A stretch of 64,000 nucleotides of DNA from Vermamoeba vermiformis (taxonomy: Eukaryota). Positions 9,100-23,642 of the stretch are shown piece by piece. Position 1 is the first letter of the stretch. Every line of letters starts with the position of its first letter. A program made the position numbers and the translations under genes. The notes below the pieces were generated by a model, which searched no databases, had not been told where the DNA came from, and worked only from the letters and a program-made list of their open reading frames with translations. The DNA is taken from contig JBEWZL010000137.1 in assembly GCA_045837725.1 (NCBI GenBank), positions 1 to 64,000 of the forward strand. The letters are read 5' to 3'.

Positions 9100-10398
9100 G
9101 ATAAAATTAATATAAAGGTTGGCGTGCTTGAAAAATAACAAAAATAAAATGGCAGTTCACAATGGTCATTTTCTCTCCACGCAGCCATGACAATCTATGA
9201 AGAGTTATTCAGCTCTCTATTTGCGCACAACCATTAAGTAATGTTAGATTCATAGTAATCCAGAAGAGTCTTTGGAATAGGGCAACCTACTTTTGGCAGC
9301 TATATCTCCAGAACTAGTTCTGGCTCTAAAAAAGGAAGGACTCATCAATTTTACATGCTTGTCTGAGTCTGGAAGGAGCCTATTCTCACGCCATCTTTAA
9401 AAGGTGTCTGAGATAGAGTGTAAAGAATTGTGCATTTTCTCTCAAAAATCTATGAGATTTCCATGGCAGTGACCGGTTGCAACCTTGATTTTATTAAACA
9501 AATCTTCCCTTTCAACCAGCACACTATAGTCCTCAACTGAAGGGGCCAACTTGATCCATAAATCTTACCATAAGCATATCTATATAATCTTAACTCTTAG
9601 AAGCAAACTGCACAGCATCTTGGATAGCCCTTGCTCTGCTGAAGTTAATCTGCCACTGCCTACATCTATCTATTTGTTGCCTAAATAAGAATTTAAAATT
9701 TTTAAGTATTGCAGGAATTTGTGCTGTTCTGAGATACGTACACATTTCAAAAAGTTTAGGTATCAAGTAAGTACTCCTCAAGGTCATGCCAGTAGCAAGC
9801 CCTTCAGCAATATGTCCTACAAATTTCAATGCTACAACAAATTGATGCACACAGTTGGGACAATTATGAGATGTGCTGTTATTTTGCTTGCTTAACAAGA
9901 GTTAATCACTGAATGCTTAGTCTATTTATCTCTTTTGAAGTTAGTGTAAGGGAAGTCAACTTCTCCTAAGTTAAATACAAGTTAGTGTTATCCCGTCGCT
10001 GAATTTCCACCTTTGTAACTAAGACTTTCCACCATGTTAACTCTGATGTACACGACGTCCTGGGCATTGTGACGTACTTATGGAGATTAGATGGAATCTT
10101 CCCAGCAGGATTTTACCTGTTGCTGCAGCAAGAACTCACGTAATGTGGGGCAAAGCCATATCAAGGCATGCATATCGATTTCAATGTTGTCCATTTCTGT
10201 AGCTGGCAAGTACTGAGCAATCAAAGGGATTGGGTCACTTCTTAGAGGTGGCCAATATTTATGTCAGTACCACTTTCTCAGATAGTTGCTAACAATAGTG
10301 CAACATTGGTACAAAAAATCTGTGTTCTTCTTCAGGTCCTGCAAAGTGTGCTCCATTTTGAAGGACCTTTTGCTAAAAAAGTTTTGTAGCCGGTTCAT
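9100..10398 (-). CDS. Possible multi-exon hypothetical gene or pseudogene in CpG-poor DNA
   Basis: ATG at 10398 (MNRLQNFFSKRSFKMEH...), exon-like SDPIPLIAQYLPATEMD...LLQQQ|GT, and the 9590-9898 ORF. The 3' end is unresolved. Confidence 0.3.
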
Positions 10399-11541
10399 TT
10401 GTTGAAACACAAGCACGAGGCCTCAAACCACAAAAAAAAAATTTCTGTTCACCCATAAAAAGGCAATTTTGCCCAACTACCATTTCTAATTATCATGAGC
10501 AAGCCAATGAGTTCCAGAGAGAAGCTCTAGAAAGAAAGACGGTCAAGAGTTCAGTAAATTAGTGGGTAGTTACCAGCTAAAATTCCTGTTTTAAATATCA
10601 CAGATTACTTTTGAAGGTGTGAGAAGCTATGTTTGGTTGCTTGATGCCAGGAGCAGTAAGCATTCAAATCAATTTATTCTTCTCTAACAATGACAAAGAA
10701 CAACTCCATATTCTTTGACAATGTGCAGCATCGCTATTCAAACTATCGGAAAGTGGTGAGAATGGAACGCTTTGGAGTGTGGGTTCCAAAAAGTGAACTT
10801 TGGTCATTGCCAGAGGGCTCTTGACCCACTGAAACACTTCAATAAGGTCCAATCTTTCCTTAGCTCAATTTGCAATGGAGGGAATATTCCATGTACGTCC
10901 TAACCAAAGTAACTGCAACACCACAAATGTCAGTGTAGACTTATGGTACATACCATGGCTGATGGAGGTTGTGAAAGTTTGATCAAGGCATGTAGCATAA
11001 AATGAAAATATACACCTATAAAGATTAAAATTAATGAATGCATCAAGGGATTGCCAATCCACAGAAGTGATGGGTCTACACCCAAGTGTACTGGGGTGAT
11101 TATTTGTTCTATCCTTCGTCAGCATGGTGTAAAGCTGGTCAGCAATTTGATCTCAATTGGCATAACAGGCACAGTTCGGCTTGAAGCTAAGCAAACAATT
11201 GAGTTATTTCTAGCAAATGGATGTGGGAGTACTGCAGCAGGTGGTGGTACAATACTTTGGAAGTATATTATAAGCAGAAAAGTGGCTGTAATAAAAAATA
11301 TGGAGCAGGAAATATGCTTGAAATACAGTGAGAGACCAACAAATCAAAGAGAAACAGTAAAGAATTGTTTTAGTGATTGGCAAGGAGTTACCAAGTAAAC
11401 CAAAGCTAAATTAAGACTTCAAGCATGTTGCAGAGATTTAAATCTGAACGTTAAAGGAGAATCAGAAGCTTAACAGAAGCTTTCAAGGCTGTAAATAACA
11501 AAGCATTTATGGTGAAGAAGTCTACTATCTTTACTTGAGCC

Positions 11542-14179
11542 TTACACTAAATTCAGCAAGCCCAACAGCACAACAATTGCACCTTGATATAACAATGTTG
11601 ATCCAGAGGTAATTCTTGTGCCTGACAAACAATATCAACAACTATTGCTAGCTTTCAAGCAGGACTTACCATCTGGATTGTACACACCTGGAGGATAGCT
11701 CCATGTGGCTGGATCATAGGAGAATCCTTGGGGACCTAACAGGGGTGAGTTGATGAAACAATCTTGTGATCAATGTATTGATTCTTACCAACAGCACCAG
11801 GTGATTGAGTGTTTGGAGCATTGAAGCTCAAATCTTGTCGTCCCATGTCAGCAAAGGCATCCAAGACTCTCTTCACACTTGGAATAGCTGCTGCTGCAGG
11901 ATCACCCTGAGTGAGGTTGACTGTGCGGTCAGGATAGTAGTAGAAGTTGGCTTCAGGTCCTCCACCGTAGAACTTGAGATCCTGATTCATCACTGACAAG
12001 AAGAGCACATCAACAGGGTTGTCTCCGATTTGATTCACTTTGCGTTCAGTAAAGGCTTTGTTGTCCAAACCAATGCTGGGCAGCACGTACGAGAACAGAC
12101 CACGGTAATTGTTGATCGTGCCGAGGACATTTGAGTCGTACATCATGCACTTGGCGCCCTGCAGCACCACACGCCCAGGAGGGCTGTTTGGCTTGCCCTC
12201 GACATACACGGCATTGATATCTGGATGTTTGCCCCAATCACCAGACTGTTCGTAATAGTAGTCACCGATGATCACATTCTGATTGTCGTACACTTGCAAG
12301 TTCATCGAGTTGCTGTACAGCACTGTCAACAGACCGTCTCGCACAGGTTCGTCACCTTCTACGATGAAAGGTAGGGCATTCAAGAACTCGACCAGAATAT
12401 ATGCACGAGCACTGTTGCGTACTCTCAGCATGCCGTTGAGCATTCGAATGTTGACGCTGTCCCCTTGCCCAAGTCCGTCAATAAGCAGCGAGTCTCGAGG
12501 CTCAGAGATCCGTTCAAAGCCGCTAGACACACCATAGATTCGGTCATACACCGTGTACGAAGTAGCAACACCTTCTTTGCGCACGTGATGAATTGCGATG
12601 GAACCAGTAAAGCCATCCTCCTTATAGAACCACATGCCACGCAAATGAACATTGGTTGGAGATTCGACGCGTACTATCGTGCCAGGGCCAGTATTCTTCC
12701 AGTCCAAACGTGTTATGTAGCCCGCACCTTCTAGGGCGTAATTGGCGCCATCAATCACTACCGTTGTGGACACCTTGTAAGACCCCTTGGGCAGGTAGCA
12801 CACGGCACCGTTGCCCTCTTGTTTGGCAGCATTGACGCAGTTTTGAATTGCCACTCCAGAATCCACTCCAGGTTTCGTGGCGTTGAAATCCTTGACGGCA
12901 TCGAAGACTTTAGATCCGGTCTCAGGAGCGAGAACTCTGAAGCTAACTGGTGCACTAAGTTTGTAGTCTGTCGGCTCGGGTCGTTCAATGTTCCACACAG
13001 GCCATTTGGCGGATCTGTTGTCGTAAAGAGCCGTGGATCCGTTAAAAGAGTTACCCGAGAATATTTTGTCCACTCTGTGGGTATATTTGTCGAGAGGTAT
13101 CAACGTGATGGGCGGATTAGAGTTCGGAGGATGAGCAAAGGTATTGTCGATGATCAGCAGAGGGTTCCACGTCTTGGTGACCACAGTGCCGTTCGTATTG
13201 GTCCACTTCTCCACGTAGCAGTTGTGCATAGTGAATTTCTGATTATTTGACTCTGCGGTGCTGATGAACATTCGCGATCCTGACGAAGTGCAAGAGCGGA
13301 TTGACACCGTGTACGATGGCTCACTGATCTGTAAACAGATTAACTTGATGGTACAATACTAATTAAATAGTACTTACATCAAAATCGGCAAAAGTACTGT
13401 TCTCGAAGTGACACCGACGAATGGATCCTGTCGCGAAGTACCACATGGTCACACCGACTCGATTGTCATAGAAGTCGCAATTAGTAATGATTTCGTTGTA
13501 GTAGTTTGGATCCTGCACGAAGAGAGCACGACCACAGTTGATGAACAAGCTATTCGACACTTGGCTTTCAGATGTTGCGAATTTTTGATAGTACGATCCA
13601 AAGCTGAGACATCTCTCGCGAATATTACGGAAGGTCTCGTACTCGTGCAGCACTCGACTTTCAAATTTAACTTTTGCAGCGTGCAAAAATCCGTGGTCGA
13701 CGTTGTTATTGCCTTCCCACGTCAAGCCAACAAATCGAGCGAGCGGATTGCCATCACTCACGAACATTCTCGAGTTGTTGCCCCCCGGGGAAGAGTCACC
13801 GTACCACGATATCACCGTCGCTCCTAATCGTATGAATATGATGAGCAAATGCGATTGGTGCATATCTATTGAATTTACCTCCGTGCCCAATCAAGGTTGA
13901 AAACTGTTTGTTGATCATCCACAGCGTGCGCGTGATCTTGTAAGTGCCGGGAGGAAAGTAGAGCGTGCCCGGACTGGTGTCATTTAGCGAGTCAATGGCT
14001 GCTTGGAGCGCGTTCGTGTCATCAGCGATGCCATTTCCAACTGCAGCGAAGTTGGTTTTAACGTTGATCCAATCTGAGCGCGGTATCCAATTCAATACTG
14101 GAGGCTCGCGAGAGGCAGATTCAGTGCCAATGAGACTGCAAGCTAACAAAATCACCACAAAATAATGAAATGTTGCCAT
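11542..14179 (-). CDS. Secreted, probably GPI-anchored protein with tandem right-handed beta-helix (pectate_lyase_3/GH55-like) domains
   Basis: Signal peptide; DWINVKTNFAAVGNGIADDTNALQAAID...LYFPPGTYKI and a second KVFDAVKDF...CYLPKGSYKV cap motif. Spliced hydrophobic tail ...SGSTLLYQGAIVVLLGLLNLV*. Confidence 0.8.
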
Positions 14180-14642
14180 CCTCGTTGCGTTTTGGTAAAA
14201 ATAGTCACAACGAAAATCGCTCGTTTATCTGTAAACGGAATCGCAACGGAACGCGGAACGACTCCTTCGCGTGTCATTACTTGCCTAGTACGTGCATACC
14301 TTAATAAGTAGCATGTAGCATACTTTGACGCTACACAGGCATTTCCGCTCCAAACAAATGGTGGATCTGAAACTAAGTTCGCTATAATCGTGTAAAACTT
14401 GTTAGTTTCCGACTTATGTCCATCAATATAATTTCTTTTCAAGTGTAGTCCCAATAAATTAAACAAATTAAAAAAATTAAGTAAATTAAGTAAATTATTG
14501 AAATTAAATTTAACACGATACACGTGTGTTTATTAAGCGGGAGAATTGCCGGTATTCACCTGACAGATTCACTCGTAATGTAGTTGAATTGTGTTGCTTG
14601 AATGAATGAATCATTTTTCTGGACAGAACTTGATAATTTTAT

Positions 14643-17600
14643 TTACAAATCATTTAACAAATAACCAACTATCAATACGTTGATAAGATTAGATAACAAG
14701 ATGATGATAGCAAACCATCTGACAGCAGTTCGCCTGTTGGCCCACGTTACATAGACAACAAGTGCCGATGAAGCGATAAATACGAAGATGGCAAATCTCA
14801 CATAGAAATTGTGCTCACTGTGTGCCTCGTCAGTAGTGCTGCTTGGTCTATCATAATCAACTGTTGTCGTTCCCGCACCAGGTCGAGGAGCTCGTGATTT
14901 AGTGGGAGTAGTGTGCTGCCCCATCGGCACTGGTTTAGGCTTGGGTGTCTTTGAAATAGGTCGCACAATGACCTGATCGGATGAAGGTACCACATCCGTT
15001 AACCAGGTGGCTACTCGCTGGATGCTTACTCCTTCTTCATCATTAGGATCGTCAAGGATGGTAGTGATTGACCGGCGACGTGCATTTGCCACAGTAAAGA
15101 GGTCAAACTCTCGCGTCAGATCCAAGGAGAAAGGTGACAAATCCGCTACCGGCAAAGGTTAGGTCCATTGCACATGATTACACCGATAAGCTCTTACCTC
15201 CATCTCCGTCCTTGACATCATACAAATAACGCATCACTTGAACAATTGTTTCATCGCGGCGTTTAGGGTCAGTGTCATGCGGATCGCGCAATTTGAAGGC
15301 AGCCAGGTGGAAGTCAGGGCGCACGACGAGCGCAGAGGCAGGAGATAGCATGGACTTCTCGGTGATGAGGGATTGCTGCCACTTGTCACGCGTTGCAACA
15401 CCGCTGAAAATTGTCACAGGATTGTTAAATTTCAACGCGCGGTCAAGACCGTGCAAACTGCGCGCCACAGCTCGTTCATCTACATCAGGTGCAGGTCGTG
15501 GAGTACTTTCGAAAGTCAATTGGAACTTCACTATCATGGGCAAGTTGTCTTGCACAGGCTCCGCCAAACCACGTGCGTCATCTTGTGCCAATCTGCGGTC
15601 GAGCACCAACTACAATCCAAGTCAAAACGAGCAGGCCAAGTATCAATGTGCTTACCTCTAGTTCGCCAGTGTTCAGCGTACCCACACCGAGGGGTTGTTG
15701 CGTGTGCACTGAAAATCTGAAGCTGTTATCTTGCATGAACGTCGTCTCAGTGATTGGATAGAAGTTGAAGCCGATAGGTTTGTCGTTGCGAATGTAGCGC
15801 TGTCTGAATGAGAATCCATTCAAATCGGTGAAAAATTTCTTCTCATTCTTAATTGAAGGGACGGTGTATCGATTGACAACTTCGCGGTTTTCTTTCTTCA
15901 AATCAACGTAGTTCTCAACTTCAATGTAGCGCGTGTTGTCCTCGTACTCATCGATGTGGAACAGACGAACAGTTCGCGAGACTATTTCGGGCAATTTTGT
16001 CATTGTTTCGGAGACCAACGGACCCTACCGAACGAGTGAGTCACAAAATTGAAGTCGATTGACTTAGTCAATACCTGAATCACAATGATTGGCTGGCTCG
16101 AGCCGGCAAATGATTTGGCAGGGCCTTTAGGCAAGAACAAATAAGCACCACCGCTAGCTTCATATGCAGCATAGTCTTCTTTGAACTCGCTGCGGAAGTT
16201 CAAATTGCGCACATTGATGGAGGTCATGAGACCAGTGGATTTGTCGAAAATGACGTCAAAGAAGCTGTTTGACAAGCGCAGCTCATCTAAGCAATCGTTA
16301 GCTGTTGTCATGATGCCGCGATTATTAGTGACGTACCTTCTAAGCTGTCAACGATGTTTTTGTCCAAGAAGGTGCTCGGCCATTGCGCTCTGAGCACGGT
16401 AATCTTCGGCACAGCACTAGCTTTGATCGCACTTGTACGGCGCACGAACAACGTTGACACAGTCGCTGCTGCCAGCTCAGCGCGGAAGTAGACCTTGTAT
16501 TGGCCAGTCTCAATGGTCAAATCTGCGTTACGAACGACTGGTGAAATTTGGAAGTCTATTGCCGCACCCTCTGCATCCACAATTTCTATTTTGGGAGTGT
16601 TCACGTGGATAGCCAATACCTAAACGGAATGTTTAACGCGTTCGTTCGCCATTAACTCAAGTTCCATTTGACATACCTCGTGGCGTGGTCTTGTGAGGGC
16701 GTTGTACAACACTAATGCAATCTCCTCATTCTCGACCAAGTCTAGTAACTTGGCGTGCACAACGTCATTTGACTGCGCTTGTTCATCGTTGACATTCAAT
16801 GAAATAGCTTGTGAAGCACCAGGCTTGCTGAGTAATGTCGGTAACACTTCTTGCATCACTGTCTTGGCGTTCCATAACGCAGTGTGCAGCATATTGCCGT
16901 AGTCCTGTTCAGTCATGAGACACATCCGATAATTTGCCGATAATTCCACGACTTACAACTACGACGTGTTTGCGCGCAGTGCCTGTCATGCCGTCGTGGT
17001 GCTGGAAAATTCCCCACAGTTTGCGACCTTCGAGCAACTTGCCAAAGTGACCTTGTTTGTCGAACTCCTCGCGCTTGGCATTGGGAATCAGACCGCGCGT
17101 CCAAGCGAGCAACATTTCAGCGGCGCGCATCGACGGTTCCATTTGACTGGCAAACGTCAGCTTCGTTGCTAGTTAAAATGTTTCCTGAACATACCGATCC
17201 AAGTTCTTCCAGAAAGGTCTGCTAGTGAAGTATCCAGACCAATAGTCCTCGCGCACATCATCGTACGTAAAGAAATCTCCCTTGATGACGGGGAAGAATT
17301 CTTTGTAATCGCGACTTTGAGCACCTTTTTGAACAACTTTTTCTGCGCTCTTTGCCACGGCATCGAAGTACTCGTTCAGTGTGGCGAATTTAACATTGAC
17401 CTACAGTATGTCAATCCTCGAATTCTCACAGCATCGAAATTACGTACCTTGAACTTGGATCTGTTCTCGTTGATATACTTAAACAACGGGTCGAAGTTTT
17501 TAGTCATAGCGTCCATGTAATTCTGATCGAAATATTTGAAATCATCACCCAAGGGAATCAACACATTGTTTCCAGTCTTGAACAACGCTGCTTTCTTCTT

Positions 17601-18970
17601 GTACTGATCAACAATCAACTTGGCCCTTTCGTCAATGTTGTCTTTACTGATGGGCACCACTGAATCGCCCCACAGCGTGCGTGAATTAACGAATTCAAAC
17701 TGACTGCAAATCTGTTGGATGAATTAGAATTGCGTTGTGGTTTCAACTACTGCGTACCTTCGGATTGGGACCGCAAGTGTGTGCTATGTCATAGCTGAAG
17801 AACGGGAACATGTGCGCGATCATCTCGTTGTTGCTGGTGTCCGTGTCCCACTGTTGACGCCATCTGAACTCGAGGCTCTTGTTCCACGCGAGCACTTTCT
17901 TAATGTAGTAGTGCACGCGATTGATGATCATGGCTTTGAAGCCTGCTTGGTTCAAAATTGACGCCATGGTCGGGGAGTGACCAAACGGATCAATAGCCCA
18001 ACTGATTACTCGTCAGCACGAGGTGTGGTTAAGCTTAACATCGACTTACCCCGTGGTAGGCACAACACCGATATTTTGTTCGAGCCAAATGTGACCCATC
18101 ATGAGCTGATTGATCGTCGCCAAGTAGTGCACGGTAGCTTCGTCATTCATCACCCAGCCTCCTGTCACAATTTCCAGCTGTTTGTTCGCAATCACTCTGT
18201 AGAGCATTAGTTTAGGTGTCAAGTAATTGATGTTTTAAATTACTTCTTCGCTTTGTCTTTCATCTTCTGATCGACTGTTTCCCACCAACGGCTGAAAAAG
18301 CTGATCTCAGCCCAGATGAAGCGTTTTGTTGGATCCTTGAACCATTGTTAATAATCCGAATTTTAATATTATGCGCGTACATTGTCGAGAGTGTTCACTA
18401 TGGTGTTAATAATGCCTTTAGTCTGTTGTTGAAAATAATCCTCAAATGTCTTCTGCCAACCCGGATCATTATGCGAGTGCATGACCTGCCTCAAATTTAA
18501 ATTCAAATCACAATCGATGTCGCTGCACTACGTACCACAAACACGTTCAAAGGCTCGTCATTCCATTTTTCATCGTCATATTTGATGTCCCAACCTTGAC
18601 GCCAGACTCCGCCTTCCAAATTGTCAAACAAAAATTTGCTGTCTTCAAGATAATCATCGACCTTAAATTAAAACGAAATTAATTAATTAAACGGGCATTG
18701 CAACAGAGTGCGTTTTACGAACAAATAAATAAATACAAAAAAATATTAATATTGTTAAGTTTGATTGTTTCGTTAGCATGTTTCCAAAATACGTTACGAT
18801 GTATAAACCAACGTCGGATTTTTTAAAAAATATTTTACCTCAATAACGTCTGCGGGAAGAGTCGGGATGTTGCTTGTTGGATCAGCCTCAAACCACGTAA
18901 AATCTCCTCGCACCGAGGTGGAGATTAGCAAAAGCACAACTAGGCCGATACAAGAACTGTTGTGCTTCAT
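14643..18970 (-). CDS. Glycoside hydrolase family 38 alpha-mannosidase (Golgi mannosidase II-like), multi-exon
   Basis: [56 protein letters not shown] and FFTDLNG motifs. Confidence 0.93.
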
Positions 18971-19219
18971 GGTAAAATTAATACAGTGGATCGCAGCCAA
19001 AAAAATCTGGCAACCTGGTTTTTCGGTTGCAAAAGATCAGATTTTCGATCAAAGTGACTACCAAAGGAGACTGACAAGGAGATCCCTTATTGTACCTACC
19101 CGCAGTCCTCTTATATTTCCTCGAAATGAGCTCTTCCTCGAATTCAACGCAATCCGGGCCCCGACAGCTGTGCATTTAAGGAGAAACTGGTTGCGGCCAG
19201 AAATTTATTTAAATTACAA

Positions 19220-21898
19220 ATGGCCACTAGAAAGCGCAAGGCAGAGCTGATAAGCGACCCAAACGAAAAAAATAAAGCTGATCGTGCCCCAAAGAAGGCG
19301 AAGCTAAGGTACGGTGGTAGTAACTTTAAAGACGATCTATTAACTTATTAATTTTAAGTCGGTCCACGTCTGATACTAAAAAGCAGCCAGCAAGCCAAGA
19401 TTCGGATGGTAAAAGGTAAAAATTAGTTCTTTGCGGTGTAGTTGTTAATCAATTTACGGGAAGTGTTGCTCGCTTTTGCCATCTCGAGCAGATACTGGAA
19501 AAGGGGAAGCCCGCCACACGAGTTTCTTGGGACAACAACAAACTCCAGTGCTCGTTATCGCCTGCTGAACTCGAAGATCATTTATTGATCCACAACATCG
19601 CTTCAGGGTGCATTATTTCCGGCAACTTATGGCCTGTAATTCTCGAAGACAGCGCCAATCCCCTCGCTCACAAAAGATCGTTGACTTTTATGCAGAAAGT
19701 CGTTGCTGAACAGCAGCTCTTGGCCCAGCTGAACGGGGATGAATTGAAGTTCTTTGGTGTTGGTGTGCGCGACTTATGGCTAGCAGATTCGCGTGGTCAA
19801 CTCTCCAGCCAAGAAAAGCAACTTCTCAGCCAAGTTGTCGCACTGCTTGACGATGACTTGATGGCTAGTGTCGAGGTCCAAGGCTTGACTTTCTCGTTTT
19901 GCCCCTCGAAGCATCGTCGCGTGCTCAAGGCCATCGAACACCTCGAAGAATTGACTTCGAATGCCGACGACTTTACACAGATGTTTGCTCGCATGGTGGT
20001 CCCTGGCGCAGAGCAAGTAGCATTCTATTTTGTTTGGGTTGATGCGCGCGAACTCTCCTACCACAATCTCGAGTTCATTCTGCCGTTGGATCGTGCGCTT
20101 GCCAGATCAAACAAGAAGAATTCTTTGGACTTCAAATTCACAAACGTGACGCCGTTGAGCAAGTCTATGCGCATTGTCAAGTGCAAGTTGGAAGGCGCAG
20201 ACACAGATTTGTTGTTGCAGCTTGACTCGCTTGGCTTGTATCAAAAGCCCTCCAACCACAGCACGCGCGGTGGCGAACGCTTCGTGTTTTCATCGTCCGC
20301 TCTCAGTCACGGACTCACCGAGGCCATCAAGTCCTCTAATGTGCTGCCTTCTCTCGTCAAGTCTGCCAAAGGAGGCGATTCATCGTTTGCTTTCGTCAAC
20401 TACGTCTTTCGTTGCAATCGCTTCGCTCCCGGCGACGCCAAGTTTCAAATGCATTTGGACACGCCATACTACGATTCAGCGCGCCACCACATCTCCAAGT
20501 ACACGATCTTGATTTACTTGAGCGGTGGCTCTGGCGATTCAATTCTCAAAGTACTTGGTGACAGCAAAACCAAAAGATCTGGAACAGTCAATGTCAATCG
20601 CGTGGAGTCATTGGAGTGCATCATATTTGATCAACAGTACGAGCACGAAGGACAGCCGTTCAACGATGGTAACAAGATATTCTTGCGCAGCGAGCTCGTG
20701 TTCGAAGATCACAACATTAAGCACGAGCCAGAGATCAGCAAATTGTTCAGTTCGGCCGTGTACATGACTGTAGAGAGTGCTTTTCAACCTGAACTCGCGA
20801 AACACGCGCACGAACTTTACGAGCAAGTCAATGCCGCGCACTGGGGCAACAAAAAGTCCTCGTCTGCTCCCTCGTCAGTACTGCACAAGTGTTTTGACAG
20901 TCAAATGCACTTCGCTTCAAATGGATTCGACTACTGGTTTCCTTTCATCAGCAAAGAGAAGTTATCCGAAGATTCGATTCTGTCCAACCCTTTGAGATTC
21001 TTGAAGGTAGCAGCAATCATTGTCGTGCTGGATTATTTCAACGGCCGCTTGAAAAGTGCGAAGAAACCCAAAGAAAAGGAGACAGTCATGGACGTCTTTC
21101 GAAAATTGTGTACTTCGAAGGCAATCAAGCCGCCAAAGAAATCATCGTCCTCTGATTGGATTATGAGTCACTTGTGGAGTTGCTTGGCCCAGAAACACGC
21201 TGATAATAATGACGTCGTGAAAGTGATGGACCGCGCCGAGAAACAACAATTTTTTGCGGACAGCTTGCGCGCAGAGAGATACAAGATTGGCCCTGACGAC
21301 GAGGACTGTTGTTGCGCCTATCACTGCACGACCCAGCCCTTGAACTCAGAGCTGGAATCCGATGAGCAACAACAATTCTATGCTTGGTGCTGCCGTGACG
21401 TTGTTGAGTGCTACGAAAAAGTTTGCAAGTCAAGCGAACAAAGTCTGCTCGCTGCTCCTGTGATGGTGCTCGATGAGAAGCTGTGTTTGGATGAAGCCAG
21501 CATTGTGATTGAAGACGACAAGATTTTTATCACTACCGACTCCGAGCACAAGTTGCGCTGTAACTTCGCCGGTATGGAATTGAATCAATTATAATTCGAT
21601 TCTTATTTTACTAATTTATTGTTTAGCCTGTTGGAATTGGAGTACACCTGAGGCTTGGATCGATATAGAAGAAACCATTCCGACTGCTAATTTGCTAGTG
21701 CCACCAATCACGTTCGTTCCAATTCCCGCGACAGACAAGACCGGACCTGGCTTCAGATTGATGCTCGATTTTTTCAACAATGATTGGTTGCTTCCTGAGG
21801 AAGTCGAGTCTAATGTGCTCATTCCGAATATGGAAAATAACGGCGAGGATCTGGTCGAAGAATTCGGACTGACTCGTCAATTTGAAGATGATATATAA
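19220..21898 (+). CDS. Protein with a prolyl-hydroxylase-like 2OG-Fe(II) oxygenase domain
   Basis: FRCNRFAPGDAKFQMHLDTPYY...YTILIYL...IFDQQYEHEG...FLRSEL (HxD...H...R); basic NLS-like N-terminus; spliced. Confidence 0.75.
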
Positions 21899-21964
21899 AT
21901 AACTTTAGGTGTTAATTTGATGTCAGAACGGTAAAAATATTCTGAAAATGTCTTCCCACCAATT

Positions 21965-23446
21965 TTATTCGTTTAGTTTGGGATAACAGCGAATAACTTC
22001 ATCGATGGCACGAGGGTCTAGATTCAAGGCCAATAACGCGTGAGTGGACAGTGCTACTTTGTCGTGGTTCTCGCGCAATATCAGTGCCAGCATCAAGTGC
22101 GACAATGCCTCGCAACAGTAATACGCCTTTTCAAGCAAGAACAGTGGCCAGTACTCAGGATGACTGGCGTGCACTGACAACTTGCTCGGTCGATCTTTGC
22201 CATAGGCCAATCCCTGTTTGCCAACGAAGACTGGGCCCACGCTTGTGGAAAACTGATCGATTTCTTTTTCTAGCAACAAGAAAATCATTCTTCGCATGCA
22301 CCGCACGACTGCTGGTTTGGGATGCTTGGAACGCGCGTTGAAATTCCCCGGAGACCACTTGTCACATATCTCTTTGAGGTATCTCTCGGTGACTTGGGCT
22401 GACATGTTGACACGTGCGATGATACTTGCAGCAGTCTGATCGAGCTTCCAATTGATCTCCTCGCTCTTCAACTTGTACAGCACTCGTCGTTCACTGAGCA
22501 AGGCCTCGTTGTTTGAGTTTCTAAAGTAAAAATACGAGGACTCGCCACTCGGCAAATTGTCCAGCATGGGCAAAGGGAACTGGTCCTTGATAACATCGAA
22601 TGAACCTGTGATCTTCGTGTGTTGAAGCAGCTCTGGCTCTCCCCATCGCTCCCAATGTGCGCAGTAGAGTGTGATTCGCTCTTTGTCAATCCACAGCGCC
22701 AGATTGTAATAGTAACGCTCACCTATATGATCTTCCCTATTGTAGTATTAATAACACAGTTAACTTTACTGCTTCGTACCAATACAATGCAGGATTTTCA
22801 GTCAACATGAACTGTAAATCTTCGGGCAGAAGGAGATGTTTCCAAATATCCTCTTGAGGAACTAATTCTAACATAAGCATGGGTAGTCGTTGATGCACCA
22901 GCCAATACAATCTAATGGCGAGTTGTGTTTCAGCAGCAGTCAAGTGTTCAATAGTTTTAATTTGCTCTAGATCTTTGTAAATCGTTGTCTTGTTCTTAAT
23001 TATCGCTTTGATATATGACTTATAACATGGGGTTATATACTCCACAACTCGAGGGCACAGTTGACGCTCGCGATTTGTGCCCAAGAGTGTCGATAACATT
23101 TTTGCTCGTTCTATCTCGGCAAGCCACAAATAATTCATTGCCAAATCATGGACTGTATCGGTGGACATTATTTCTGTGGCGGACGTTAATAAATAAACAA
23201 TTTCATGAAAATTATGAATATTCAATCATTTTTAAATCAATATTTAAATGTCACCATCGAGGATAGATTCTACCTACCGCGATAATGTAAGCGCCATAAA
23301 TCACTTTTTTTGATTAATTGACGCCAGTAAGTGTTTGTAGCATCAAGCAGGCGTAAGTCAAACACATCAAATTTGTGTAATATCTCTACAATTAGCTCTT
23401 GTGGCAGCTCGCCAAATACTCCTTTGCCGTCGTTATTTGTTTGCAT
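21965..23446 (-). CDS. F-box domain protein
   Basis: FGELPQELIVEILHKFDVFDLRLLDATNTYWRQLI; successive exons run to 21965. Confidence 0.75.
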
Positions 23447-23642
23447 ATTATCGGATATTTTAACTCTTTTAAGTGAAAGCAATTGAAATCAAAAGCGTGC
23501 CGAGGCTGAAAAATGACAAGGAAAGATATGCCCCAGTTGTGGATGACAACCAAGTTTTGTTGAGGTTAACACTTAACTAAGCTGCCGGGTCGCGAACAGT
23601 CCAAATTTTTACGTGCCAAATCTTTATAATTAACCTTTCACC

